64,000 bases of DNA from the NCBI GenBank assembly GCA_964016885.1, contig OZ024742.1, forward strand, positions 220,100,001-220,164,000, given 5' to 3'. Made by a program: the position numbers and the translations under genes. This DNA is from Eledone cirrhosa (lineage: Eukaryota). The notes under the pieces are model-generated. The model had not been told where the DNA came from. It did not search any database and saw only the letters and a list, made by a program, of their open reading frames with translations. This document shows, piece by piece, positions 23,990 through 35,851 of this stretch. Position 1 is the stretch's first letter. Each line of letters starts with the position of its first letter.

Positions 23990-26900
23990 CTTTGTTTGTA
24001 ATGAGTTGGAAAAGGCACTGGTCCATGGAACATGTTAATTTCTGAATCTCCTCTGATGTTATACCATGAGATACATCCAGTATTGCCTGCTACAGTTCAA
24101 TCTTGCTCCTAAATTGGCATCCATTCTCGTAAACTCGTTGCTTTAGAACACACCATAAGTTTTCTATTGAGTTTAAATTGGGGGAACAGGCAGGCCACTT
24201 CATCTTCCGAGGTCCACAGAAGCCTAATTGTTGCAGATACTCTGTAGTTTTCCTTGCTGAGCACGAGGGTGCATTGTCTTGTATGAATATTATGGTTGTC
24301 TTAAAGGTGATCCTTTGCTTTTTTTAACCAAAATTCAAGGTGCTCCCCCAGAAAGGCTATGTAAGCATCTGCAGTCATTTTAACACCACCAGGCACTTAC
24401 CAAAGACCAAACATAATACCTCCAATAATACCTGCCCGAATCATGATGCCTCCCCCTCTTTGTTGGCGTCTCAAGCGTTGATGATAATCTCATCCATTTA
24501 TAACCCATCTCTTGCTCCAACCATTAGGTCCATCAAGGGTAACATGAGTTTCACCTATAAACAAAATTTTTGAAAAGTGACCCTTCATGTTATCTTCTGC
24601 CCATTTTGTATGTGTATTTTCTTTAAAGGAGGCCTTTTAACTGATGTCAATGGTTTACCAACCTTTTTCAGAAGATGACATCTGGTAGTTCTGGACACAG
24701 TTGTTTCACCAATATGCATGAAAGTTCTCCACTTGTAAGACATGGGCCCTTTACAGCTTCACGTTTAATTTGTGACAGAACATTGAGAAACAGCCCATAA
24801 TTACACGATTATCAGACCACTCGTTAGTAATTTGGAACACTGAAAGTTTGTGAAAATCATGCAAATGGCCATGGTTTGTTTACACGCAAAACCTCCCATT
24901 TTCACACAGCATGTGCATATAACTGCTTATTCTGTGGAAATTTTGTTGGATACCAACGTGTAGTTTTTAAATAAAATAAAAAAGTTTTATGCTGCTAATA
25001 ATTTGAAATGCAGTGTATATATGATGGCCTTCTTCACCGTCTCCATCAAACAAATTTCACTCACAATACATTGGTTGTCCTGAGGTGCTATGTAGTGGGC
25101 TTGAAACCATATGGCTGCAAAGCAAACATCTTAAATGTAAAATCATACTTGCAACCATATAGATACCAATGGAAAACAATAACATTCCCATATCAAAACA
25201 ATCATCTTCATCATCATCATCACTATAAATTTTCACAATGATCAGTCAACTGATAAAGATACAATATTTGAATTAACAAACCCATTTTAAGATATATTCT
25301 GCTACATCATTTCAGGATGTTAAGAGTTAATTGAAATATATATAGGCAGTATATGAATTGAAATACATCAGGCAGCATATTAATTTAAATATGTTGAAGT
25401 TTGCTAGCAGGGAGAATGGATGTTAAACGATGATGATGATAATAAGCAGTGCATTAATTGAAATATATACAGCCATTGTATTCTGAAAGTGTTAAGTTAT
25501 ATTGAAACTAAATTTTATGAAATTAACACAACAGAGAAAGTGTGTGTTTGTGTATTTCCCACTATTCAAGCATAATTGTGTGTTTGTGTGGTTAAGAAAT
25601 TATCTTTTTGGGTTTAATTCACTTCATGGCACCTTGGTCAAGTGTCTTCTAATATAACCTTGAGTGAAATTTGGTAGGTGGAAACTGAGCAGAAGCCTCT
25701 TGTGTGTGTGTATGTGTGCAAGCCGGGATGCATTTGTCTTCATGAGTCTTCACTGACACTGATTGGGTAGGTGGTGACGGTGAAATTTGTTGTGTTCTAC
25801 ATAAATAACATGCTCTACAGCTCAGTTATTCAATGTGTGAAAACTAGAGGAATAAGTTCTTAACTGAAGGAATAAGTTCTTAAAAAGAAACAAGGGATGG
25901 TTATCATGATGGGAATCTAGCTGTAGAATACAACCTCAGAAAGTTCTTGTTAAACCCATGCCAACAGGGAAAAACAGACAAAATGAGATGATGAGGATTT
26001 CTAAGTTTCTGAAATTATTTAGTTTTTGTGTGTATGTGGCTTAGATAAAGAAGAAAGTACAATACCCATAACCATTTTTTTTTTTTTTGTAGTCCCCTGA
26101 GACAGGTACTGAAAGACAAATGAACTATAACTTATGTTAATCTCAAACAGACCTGATCTGAATACTTGCAAGAAAAATAACTCTATCAAAGGTCCTTATG
26201 GCTCAAGGAATATTGTTAAACCTAGCAACAGATTAAGTCTACCAATGAAGAACAGGTGCAGATCTTCTGGAGATCTTTTACACACTTTCTCTCTATCCAT
26301 TTCTTCTGACAAGGCTTGATTAAACCTGTGATTATGGTAAAAGACACCTACTCAATATTCTAGGCAGTGAAATAGAACCCTGTGATTTCTTACTGAAGAG
26401 ACAGACATAGTTGTATATTTAAGAAGTGCATTTTGAAGCATGTGGCGTTCGGGTTATACTTCAACCATCCTCATCATCATCATCATCATTATATTACAGT
26501 TACTGCTTTCCATGCAAGTATGGGTTAGATGACTGCTGCCATCATCTGAGGCAGTTTTTATTTAGAGTTCCTGCCCTTATAGACGGGGTTAAAAGATTAT
26601 GTCTCCCTCATTTATTACATTTTGGCATTGTTTCTACAATTATTTCCAAGCAAAGAGAATTTAAAATCTTCATGTCTCAGCAAGTGTATGATTTATAACC
26701 AAATGTTTAGCAATTCTTAACACTATGATATTGACCAGTTTGAAAATGAGAAAGTAGTGAGATGTATGATTTCATTTTGAAATGTTTACAATTTGACAGA
26801 AAAGTTCAGATATAAATCTGATTTAATAACACCATTGTAAGGCTACAACACTTCCTTCTTTATACATCTCTTCATATATAATTACTTTCTTTCATACAAA

Positions 26901-27044
26901 TTGATTAACACATGTGCCTGTAATAGGTGCCAGCAAAGCTGTGTGGTTAGAAAGATCACTTTGCAAATATATGCTTAAGTTTCTTAGATAAAAGAAGCAA
27001 TCAACTTCTATGGAGCCTTTCTTGGATTCTAAAAAAGTCTAAAG

Positions 27045-27295
27045 TCTGTCTTGAGCCCAGAAGCTCATTGGGCCAGTACTTATTCCGGTTTCCATGGCAT
27101 GAAGAAATTGAGAATACAAGGCTCCCTTCTTGACAGGATGCCAGTCCATTGGAGGATTAAACCTCTAGTTATTGCTGATACTCATTTTCAGCTGAGTATA
27201 CTGGAGCAACATGAAATGAAGTATTTTGTTTAAGAACACAACACACAACCTAGTCCAGGAATCAAACCCATGACATTATGATCGCACCTCCACTT
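27045..27295 (-). mobile_element. tRNA-derived SINE family B
   Basis: Reverse-complement homologue of 5680-5960 and close to 50058-50325. Confidence 0.75.
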
Positions 27296-27987
27296 CTTTG
27301 ATTGGAATGAGTATATTTCACTGGTACTCTTACTACAAGCTACCCCTGTGAATCTTCCACACACATTCTTTTTGTAAGCCTGTCAGTGAACTTATTATAT
27401 CTATATGCATCTATAGTTTGCACTGGATGCACTGTATACAATTTATATGTAGTTGTTCCCTTTCTTCCAGTTATTCTAGGCTTGTCTTTTAGCTTTTATG
27501 ATTCTATTTACAGTAGTCTTTCCGCCCACCTTGTCACCTTTTACCTGGTTGGAACCTTGCTCCAACAATAGATATTTTCAGTGGCCCACAGCAAGTTGTC
27601 ACATAGAAACTTCCAATTGTCTTCAATACCATAGGTATCTATCTCCTCCTTTTCATCATTTCATGTAGAAACTTTCTGAACTTATACTTTAATGTTGCTA
27701 ATAACTAGTCTATGTTGAGTTGTACATTCTTCTTTGGGAAAAAGCTTAGTATTACTCATAACTGAGTATGAAGATAATGGGTATGAAGATAATTTGGCTT
27801 GCACACCCACCTGATAAAATTGCTGACTGGTTTTCTGAAGTTAGTGTATTACAGATCTTGCTGGAGGAGGGGTGAGGGGCTAAAGGGTACTACTCTCTAC
27901 CCAACTTTTCAACTGTGCACGCTCAGATTTAGAAAAAATTACAGTGATAGGCTTATTCTAAAACTCCTCTTTAGAATTATTGTGAAT

Positions 27988-28650
27988 TAGATTGAAAATG
28001 TTATTGATACAGGAGATATTGATTGGAAATGTCATTGATACAGATCAATACCTTCTGTATTAAAATGATTCAGTGATATTTCCAATCAATACTTCCTGTA
28101 TCAATAACATCTTTAGCTAGTACCTCCTGTATCAACAATTTAATGACATCTCCAGTCAATAATTCCTGTATCAATAAGATCTCCAATCAATACATCCTGT
28201 ATACAGGAGATATTGACCAGAGATATTATTGATACAGGAAGTATTGATTGGCGATATGGATACAGAAGTCATTGATTGGAGATGTCATTAAATTATTGAA
28301 ACAGAAAGTATTGGCTGAAGTTATTGATACAAGAGGTAATGATTGAGGATATCACTGAATCAATTTTGATACAGAAGGTATGACTAAATATGTTATCGAT
28401 ACACGAGGTATTGGTTGGAGATATCACTGAATCAATCATTGATACAAGAGGCATTCATTGGAGATATCACCAATCAATCAATGATACAGGAGGTATTGAC
28501 TGGAGATATCACCAAATCAATTATTGATTTTAGGAGGTAGTGATTGGAGATCACCAAATCAATCATTAATACAAGAGGTATTGACTGGAGTTATCACCAA
28601 ATGAATTATTGACACAAGCGTTACAGATTGGTGATATTATTATTGAAAAT
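27988..28650. repeat. Degenerate 30-40-bp tandem repeat (attgatacaggaggtattgattggagat...) with an internal inverted block
   Basis: Units are forward at 27988-28045 and 28200-28650, and reversed at about 28045-28200 (ctcctgtatcaat). Confidence 0.8.
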
Positions 28651-28879
28651 ATTTGTTTCCTGATAACCTAATTATCATCACAGAATGTGGTAAAAGAAAT
28701 GCAGGAAAAAATGTTGAAACTTAAACTCTAGAATGAAAAGGTATAATGTTCAAAAAAACAAATCAGTAACAGAAAACAAAAGAGCTTGGTAGCACTTTGT
28801 TCTTTGTTCATGTAGTATTTTTTTGTGGCTTAGACTGAGAAAGAGGGATAGTGTCAATTACTTTTTTCCAAAACATCTG

Positions 28880-29115
28880 ACATACGACTGTAATGTGAGT
28901 TTGATTCCTGAATAGGCTGCTGCATTGTGTTCTTGAACAAAACACTTTATTTCATGTTGCTCCAGTACACTCAGCAGAGATGACTACCAGCAGTGACTGG
29001 AGAGTTGATCGTGCAATAGACCAGTGTCCTGTTCAGGAAGAGTCATAGCACCAAAGGAAACCAGGTATAAGCCCTAGCCTGATGAGCCTTCAGCCTAGAA
29101 CAGTCTTTAACTTAA
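28880..29115 (+). mobile_element. tRNA-derived SINE family B, decayed
   Basis: gagtttgattcctg...aacactttatttcatgttgctccagtacactcagc...cctgatgagccttcagcc tail. Confidence 0.65.
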
Positions 29116-29294
29116 CTTAGAGCATCTGAGACTAGGGGAGAACATAGAGGAGAAAATTGCTATCCTCAGAACAAAAACCTGGTCTAAATGTTTACAACAG
29201 AATAAACACCACTGAAGACATCAACAGTTCAGCTTAATACATAAAAAAGAAGGTAAACAAGAGTGCAGTTTTGAGTAGTTTCAGTAAATAATAG

Positions 29295-29465
29295 GTCTTC
29301 ATTTAGGCATTAGGCCAACAATTTTTGGGGAGGAGAAAATCGATTAAACTGATTCCAGTGCATTACTGGTACTTTATTTTATCGACCCTATAAGGATGAA
29401 AGGCAAAGCTAGCCATGGCAGGATTTGAACTCAGAACATAAAGGGTGGTAACTATGATGCAAAGC
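29295..29465 (-). mobile_element. SINE family A
   Basis: cattactggtactttattttatcgaccctataaggatgaaaggcaaag...ggatttgaactcagaac. Confidence 0.8.
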
Positions 29466-31235
29466 AAGTTTGACAAGTTGGTGTAAATAATGGGTTAAAA
29501 AAATGTTCAAGGAGAACACTGATAGGGACTAAAAGTTTAAATCTATCAATTCATTGTTGCTGTTAATTGTTGGCAAAAGTGCAGCCATGATAAAAAAAAA
29601 AAGGCATTAGTTTTAATTTACAACTGAAATATAATTATATTTAATTACTTAATCACTTTATTCAGGCCGATATAAATGTGCTGTAAAGCTATCCAGCTGA
29701 TTCATTCAGAATGTATGATTGGAATATGATAATTATCAGAGTTAACAGGAAAATGAAATTCTTTTCAGAGATAAAATTCATTTAAAAATTCTATATCTTC
29801 TATTTACTGTCTCAAAATATCCTGCTGTTTGCCAATTTCTATCTTTTACTATATATTTATGTGTTGAGAAAATCTTTTCAAAGAATACTTTTCTTCATCG
29901 ACTTTTGGTCCTCAAATTAATGGCTGTTATAAATGAACATTCAAAGAACAGAAACCAAGTATGGGAAGTAAAACAAATAAATAAATAAATAAACGGTTAC
30001 AAATTCTAGTTCAGTGAACACTACACATTATTGTCATTAATGTCAACTTAAATATTCAAGATATTGGCAACATCTATGGGTAAAAATGGTTAAAATGTGA
30101 GAATAAGTAAAGACTGGAAAAGAAAATAGATAAACAAAACAGTAGACTCCCTAAACCAAAAGTGATATTTGTTTCTACCATAAACGATAGTTTCACTTTC
30201 ACCATCATATTATATAAATAACAAGTATTATGATTTCAACATTTGTGATGCACAATTTCTCTCAATGTAGAAATGACCCACCAACATTCACTGATTCCTA
30301 AAAGAAAACATCTTAATTTCATTCAAATAAAAAAAATATTTTTATAAGATAAATGTTTTGCGATGAAGATGCTTTTCCCCAAACCTACCAACATTTTTTG
30401 CATTTCTGGTACTACATTTTTCTTGTGGTTAGATGGATTACTCTATTTCTTTTTTTAGTTCTCATATATAAAAAATAGTTATAAATTCCACCCAACATAT
30501 TTAGTCAGTAGCAAAGCCTGGCACCATCGAGTTCATGGAGTTTTTGTGTGACTTAGTCAAAGAAAGAAGGCTAACATTGATTACTTATTTTGTGTGACTT
30601 GAAAGAAGGCTAACATTAATTACTTATTTTGTGTGGCTTAGTCAAAGAAAGAAGGGTAAAATCCAGTACATATTTTCCAGAGTTTCTGAGATTAAGGAAA
30701 AATAGGGGAAGAATTTGCTATCCTCAGACATGTTCTAAATGCTTGCAACAATCTGAATAACTATGCCTAGGTTTCTGCATGTGTGAGCCATTGTAGAGCA
30801 GCTGCTGTTCATGAATTTAGTCAACATCCACTCATTCATCACAGTACTGGTCAGTTCAATTAGTAAGCTGACTTAAACATCATCAGAAGGAGATTAGAAA
30901 CAGCCAGTTTCTCATTACAATTCAAGCCTGTCATCCTTGACTGTAGTGATGGTAGATGACCAGACAGGATAACCTTTTTTCCCCATTTGGGGTGGATAAG
31001 TCACTTGCCTGGGATGCCTCATATTGCAACATGTTCTCTGGTGCTAACCTCATTGCTTCAGGGAAATGGTTGATAGTCTAAATATGTATATGTGTATGTG
31101 TGTAAGTATATTTATATACAGAGAAATTTATGTGGATTTATGTATGTGAAAAGTGAACAAGGAAAAACAACATGGGAGAACAATACAGTACAATTATGAT
31201 ATATATTAATTTAACATCATATAATAAAAAAAAAG

Positions 31236-31260
31236 TTTTGGACGTTAGTCCTTCATCAGA
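31236..31260 (-). ncRNA. Decayed hammerhead motif in a PLE pseudo-LTR remnant
   Basis: Minus strand CTGATGA-A-GGAC(TAAC)GTCC-AAAAC. G12 is changed to A at a CpG, and there is no recognisable stem III. Confidence 0.5.
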
Positions 31261-31377
31261 AGATAGAATGAGAGGCAGAAAAAGAAATGTAACAGGCACG
31301 AGTAAGAAAAGGAAACAAAATATTTAAAGAAAAGCATGTGTGTATTTAGTCAGCAAATGTATGTATGTATGTATGTA

Positions 31378-32718
31378 TTTTGAATGCATTTTCTGACGCT
31401 TGCACTGCCCTAGGATTGACTGTCAGTCTCAAGAAAACCGTCGTCATGTACCAACCTGCCCCTGGTAAGCAGTACACTCAACCAAATATCTATGTGTATG
31501 GTAAACGACTTGGAGTGGTTGATCAGTTTGTCTACCTGGGAAGCACTGTCAATCGATACAGCAACCTTGATAGTGAAATCTCACTTAGGATTAGGAAAGC
31601 AAGTGATGCTTTCGGAAAGCTAGAAAGGCGACTCTGGGGTCGGCGAGACATATGCAAGATGACAAAGGTAAAGGTGTACAAGGCATGTGTGCTCTCTTCT
31701 CTTCTTTATGCCTGCGAGACCTGGGTCACATATAGGCACCACCTTAAGCAATTGGAGCGTTTCCATCAGATGTGTCTCACATGGCATTCACTGGAGGGAC
31801 CACATCAGTGATATCGAGATTTTGGAAAGCTCTCTGTGTGACAGTATAGAAGCTTTGGTGCTTAAGCAACGACTCCATTGGAGTGGTCACCTTGCCAGGA
31901 TGAAGGATTCTAGAATACCAAAACAACTCTTTTATGGAGAGTTAGTTAAAGGAAAACGACCGCCACATAAACCAAAAAAGAGGTATAAGGATTCCTTGAA
32001 AGCCTCTTTGAAAGACGCTAACATCTCTGCTGATACATGGGAAAATATTGCTGCTGATCGTAATAAATGGAGAAAGACTGTATATGAGGGGAAAGTTGCC
32101 TTTGAGGCATCTCGAATCGCATACGAGAAAGTAAAGCGGGATGTGAGGAAGGGCATTGCTGTTGCACTTCCAGACGGAGAGGGTCCTCCTATGGTGCTGA
32201 CATGCAGTGTATGTGCGAGACTCTGCCTAAGCAAAGCTGGACTCGAAAGTCATCTTCGCAGTCATAAAGTAAGACCAGTGGTTGACTACCAGGCTGCTGT
32301 TGGAGATGCTACTCATCATGCTTGCCAAACATGTGGTAGAGAATGTAAATCAGCAGGAGGGCTCAAGCGACATGCAAAAGTACATGAACTCCAACCACAG
32401 CCGGCTATTCCCAGTGATTGTTTTGGTTGCCGACTCTGTGCAAGACATTTTAGATCATTGGCTGGGCTAAAAAGCCACATTCGATCGCAGCACTGTTAGT
32501 TGCTATCGTGTGTGTGTATAGATATGTTTGTGTGTGTGCGTATGTGTATATATATATGTATATTATTATTGTTGTTGTTGTCGTTATTATTGTTGTTATT
32601 ATTATTATTATTGTTATTAATATATATGTATATATGTATATGTATGTATGTATATATATATATTTTTTTTTTCCTCGTGCAATGATCATACTCGATAACG
32701 AGGGGGCAGCCATCATAT
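31378..32718 (+). mobile_element. RTE-clade LINE, 5'-truncated, with three C-terminal C2H2 zinc fingers
   Basis: GLTVSLKKT, VDQFVYLGS, SSLLYACETW, RLHWSGHLARM, PKQLFYGEL, then CSVC..H..H, CQTC..H..H and CRLC..H..H (ORF 31687-32499). 3' stem-loop ctcg..cgagggggcagccatcat at 32676-32716. Confidence 0.9.
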
Positions 32719-34477
32719 GTGTGTGTGCGTGTGTGTGTGCGTGTGTGTTACTAACCTTTCGCAAGAGCTGTTACTTGGAGAATCATCAGTCTGGTAGCCT
32801 AAAAATAAAAGACAGAAGTATAATAATATTTAATTTTGGATAAATGGAACAAAAATCTAAAACAGTCAAGATCAATTCATAATTCTGAAATATGTTTTTT
32901 GTCTGTGAGTGTATGTGTGTGATTGTGTGTGTGTGTGTTGTGTGTTGGAGGAGTAACAGTACACGTCTGTTGCATGTATATTGTGTGTGGGGGAGTGACA
33001 GCGCATGTGTTGCATATGTGTGAGGTGGGGAGGAGCGGGAGGGGGCGAATATCAGAGTAAACAATTGTTTGACTCATTACTGAAAATCTAATAGATGAAG
33101 AACAAATAAGATAAAAGAATGAATAGATGAAAAGAGAAAAAGTTAATTACACACACACACATGCATACTCACACAAGTTTCTATAAGATGAAAGTAAAAC
33201 ACTAAAAGATAAATGTAAATAAAGCCATTAGTCATAGGGATAGTTTAAAATTTAGATAATTTGATTATATGTTGAGCGTAAAAATATTTCAATATCTTGA
33301 TATGTGATTTCAGTTTAGAATTTAACCCTCAGGTAAGATGTTCACTAGGATTGTACTTATTGAAGTACTTATAATACAGCTAATCATGTTAACCAGTACT
33401 ACTTGTTTCATAGTTAGACCATTGTTGACTAACCTTATGTGTGGAGGAGGTGAACACCTTGACATGACAAAAACAATACCTATCTACAAGGGCTGATGAA
33501 CTCAACAAAGAGCCATTGGCTGGCCATTAAACCTACAAATGCAGTAGGGGCCAATTAAGGCTTTTGGGTCTAACATTACTGACGTTTGTGGTAACCCCTG
33601 AATCTAGTTCTTTCTCTAAAATGTACTGGTCTTGCCCTTTTCTCTGACCCAGGAGGACCCACGTGAGAAAAGCCTCATAATCAGTGCTAGGACCACACTA
33701 ACTAGATTTAATCAATCCTGGCTAGAATCATCATCTCAACTTCTTTGCCCAATTATTTATGGGAGGGTCCTCAAACACTCCTTCCAGAGGGTCATGTCAG
33801 ACTCAACCATCTCTAATTGATCCAGTAGGATCCCCAAGCAAGACTAGCCAAGCTCATGGATGTTATCCTACTATCTTGCTCAGGATCTCCAACTGGTTGG
33901 TTTTGCTTGTAAAATATGTCTAACAATTCAAAAAATAATTTTTTGGCATTCAGAAGTAAGCAATAACCAGTCGACTGATTGTTGTTAATTGATGCAGCTC
34001 CTGTATTGTTGGAAATAACAAATGTGCCATTCAAGAAAACATATTTTGAACAAGACAATTTTGGTTTGTTACATCCTCATAAGTTTCAAACTAGGAAGAA
34101 TGGTTAGCATGAGGAAGAGACAAATTACTCATTAGAAATAAGAAACCAAAATGCCCAGTGACTTCTGAAAGGTGGCCTTGCTTGATATATATATATACAC
34201 ACACACAAGATTAAGTAGAAACACGATACTGCATACTCAGATGGAACAAAATGTATACAAAAGATGCAGTGAGTTTTCCTTGGCAGATTGACAAATAATC
34301 AAGACTTCTGTTACAATAGATGTAAAAGTATAGTAAGAAAGAATTGAAACTTAATGATACAAAATATCATTGTGAGCAGTGTAAATGCCATTACTACCAT
34401 CACCATAACAACAATACAACAACCATACCAACAATAACAATAGCAGCCATGGTAACAAGAGCAACATCAACCACAAC

Positions 34478-34491
34478 AGTAGTAGTAGTAA

Positions 34492-34524
<33 letters not shown>

Positions 34525-34553
34525 TGGTGGTAGTAGTAGTAGTAGTAGTGGTA

Positions 34554-34616
<63 letters not shown>
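34478..34616. repeat. (GTA)n/(GTG)n microsatellite
   Basis: Direct reading. Confidence 0.97.
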
Positions 34617-35851
34617 ATTACCATCAAGGTCTTCACTTAAAAATACATTTATTATTTTGACAGTTGATATTACTCCCTTAAGGTATCAGTATGTTAGTGA
34701 AGTTTATGTTCCGGCTATGATTGGTTATTCAAACCTGTTAGATCCAATCATCAATACATTTTAAACATACTTTCACCCATTTTTCACATTATACCTTCTC
34801 TGATACAGAATGATACATGGCTGGCTGTGAAATATCTTCTAATTAATATCACTATCATCTTTTCAACTGACTTTTATTACTGTTCAGATTAGATTACAAA
34901 CCAATAGCTTATATTAAGAGAAAACATTTCTCAGAATTCCATCTCACTACTTTGTTTCTTTGACACAATGAAATCATTTAGTATTGTTAAGTAATAAGTT
35001 ACAAGTTGGCTACAAATAACTATATGATTGATACTACTGAATATTGGATATATATCTATATAGTCTACACTGCACACAGATTAATAGTGATAATGGTATA
35101 GTACCTACTATAATATCGTACTATACAGTATAGTAGCGACTACATATACTACTATAGTAGTATATGTAGTCACACAGTATAGTAGTGACTATAGTACTAT
35201 ATAGCACGCATTGTAGAATAATAGTATTACATTGTACACAGTGTAATAGTGTCTATAGTATAGTAATTACAGCTATACTGTGTGCAGTATATAGTAGTAC
35301 ATGTAGTCATTACAGTGTACACCGTACAGTAGCGACTATAGTACTATATATTTCACATAGTATAATAATGCTAAATGGTGTCATGCCGAATGATTGGCAC
35401 AGCAGCATGCGACAAGGGTAAAGGAGATGCACTAGATAGAGTAAACTTTAGAGGCATCAAGTTGATGGACCAGCTCATAAAAGTAACAGAAAGAGTTATA
35501 GCACAGCTGATTAGGGACCGGGTTAACGTTAATTTGACAAAGACTAAGGTCCTAGTAAGTAGAAGGGAAAACAGAGCCCTGATACCCTCGGGGATATGGC
35601 CTTATTCAGTATGCAGGAAAGGTGCAGGTAGGAATTCCATCCTCTGTCACAAATACAAACTGTGAGTACACAAGAGATGTAGTGGGATCTCAGGTAATTT
35701 AGCTAAGAATGTAGGTTTTACATGTAGCATTTGCATGGGAACAGTAACCACAGGAAACAAATGATAAATTCAAGAAGGTTCGGTAGAAGAAGTACACAAG
35801 AGATGTAGTTTAGCTAAGACGTAAGTTTTACATGCAGCTGTTGCACTAGAG

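Larger units (their letters stand above)
22530..25015 (-). mobile_element. Tc1/mariner DD37E (TRT-like) DNA transposon, decayed, long imperfect TIRs, with nested insertions
   Basis: Minus-strand translation gives TLDGPNGWS, RRQQRGGGIMI and IFIQDNAPS...KWPACSPNLNSIENLW, with 37 residues between D and E. Right end is ...aataatttgaaatgcagtg|TA at 25015. The left TIR homologue is at 22530-22624 plus 23167-23275. Confidence 0.85.

Noticed and set aside
29079-29105. CTGATGAGCC...GGCTC in SINE-B tails (also about 5928, 27050, 50065) as hammerheads
   Set aside because: No GAAA/stem III/UH follows. It is the 3' stem-loop of the SINE tail.
30170-30310. Strong minus-strand acceptor (ttttcttttag) as a terminal exon
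   Set aside because: All frames close within about 20 codons, with no recognisable protein or partner exon.
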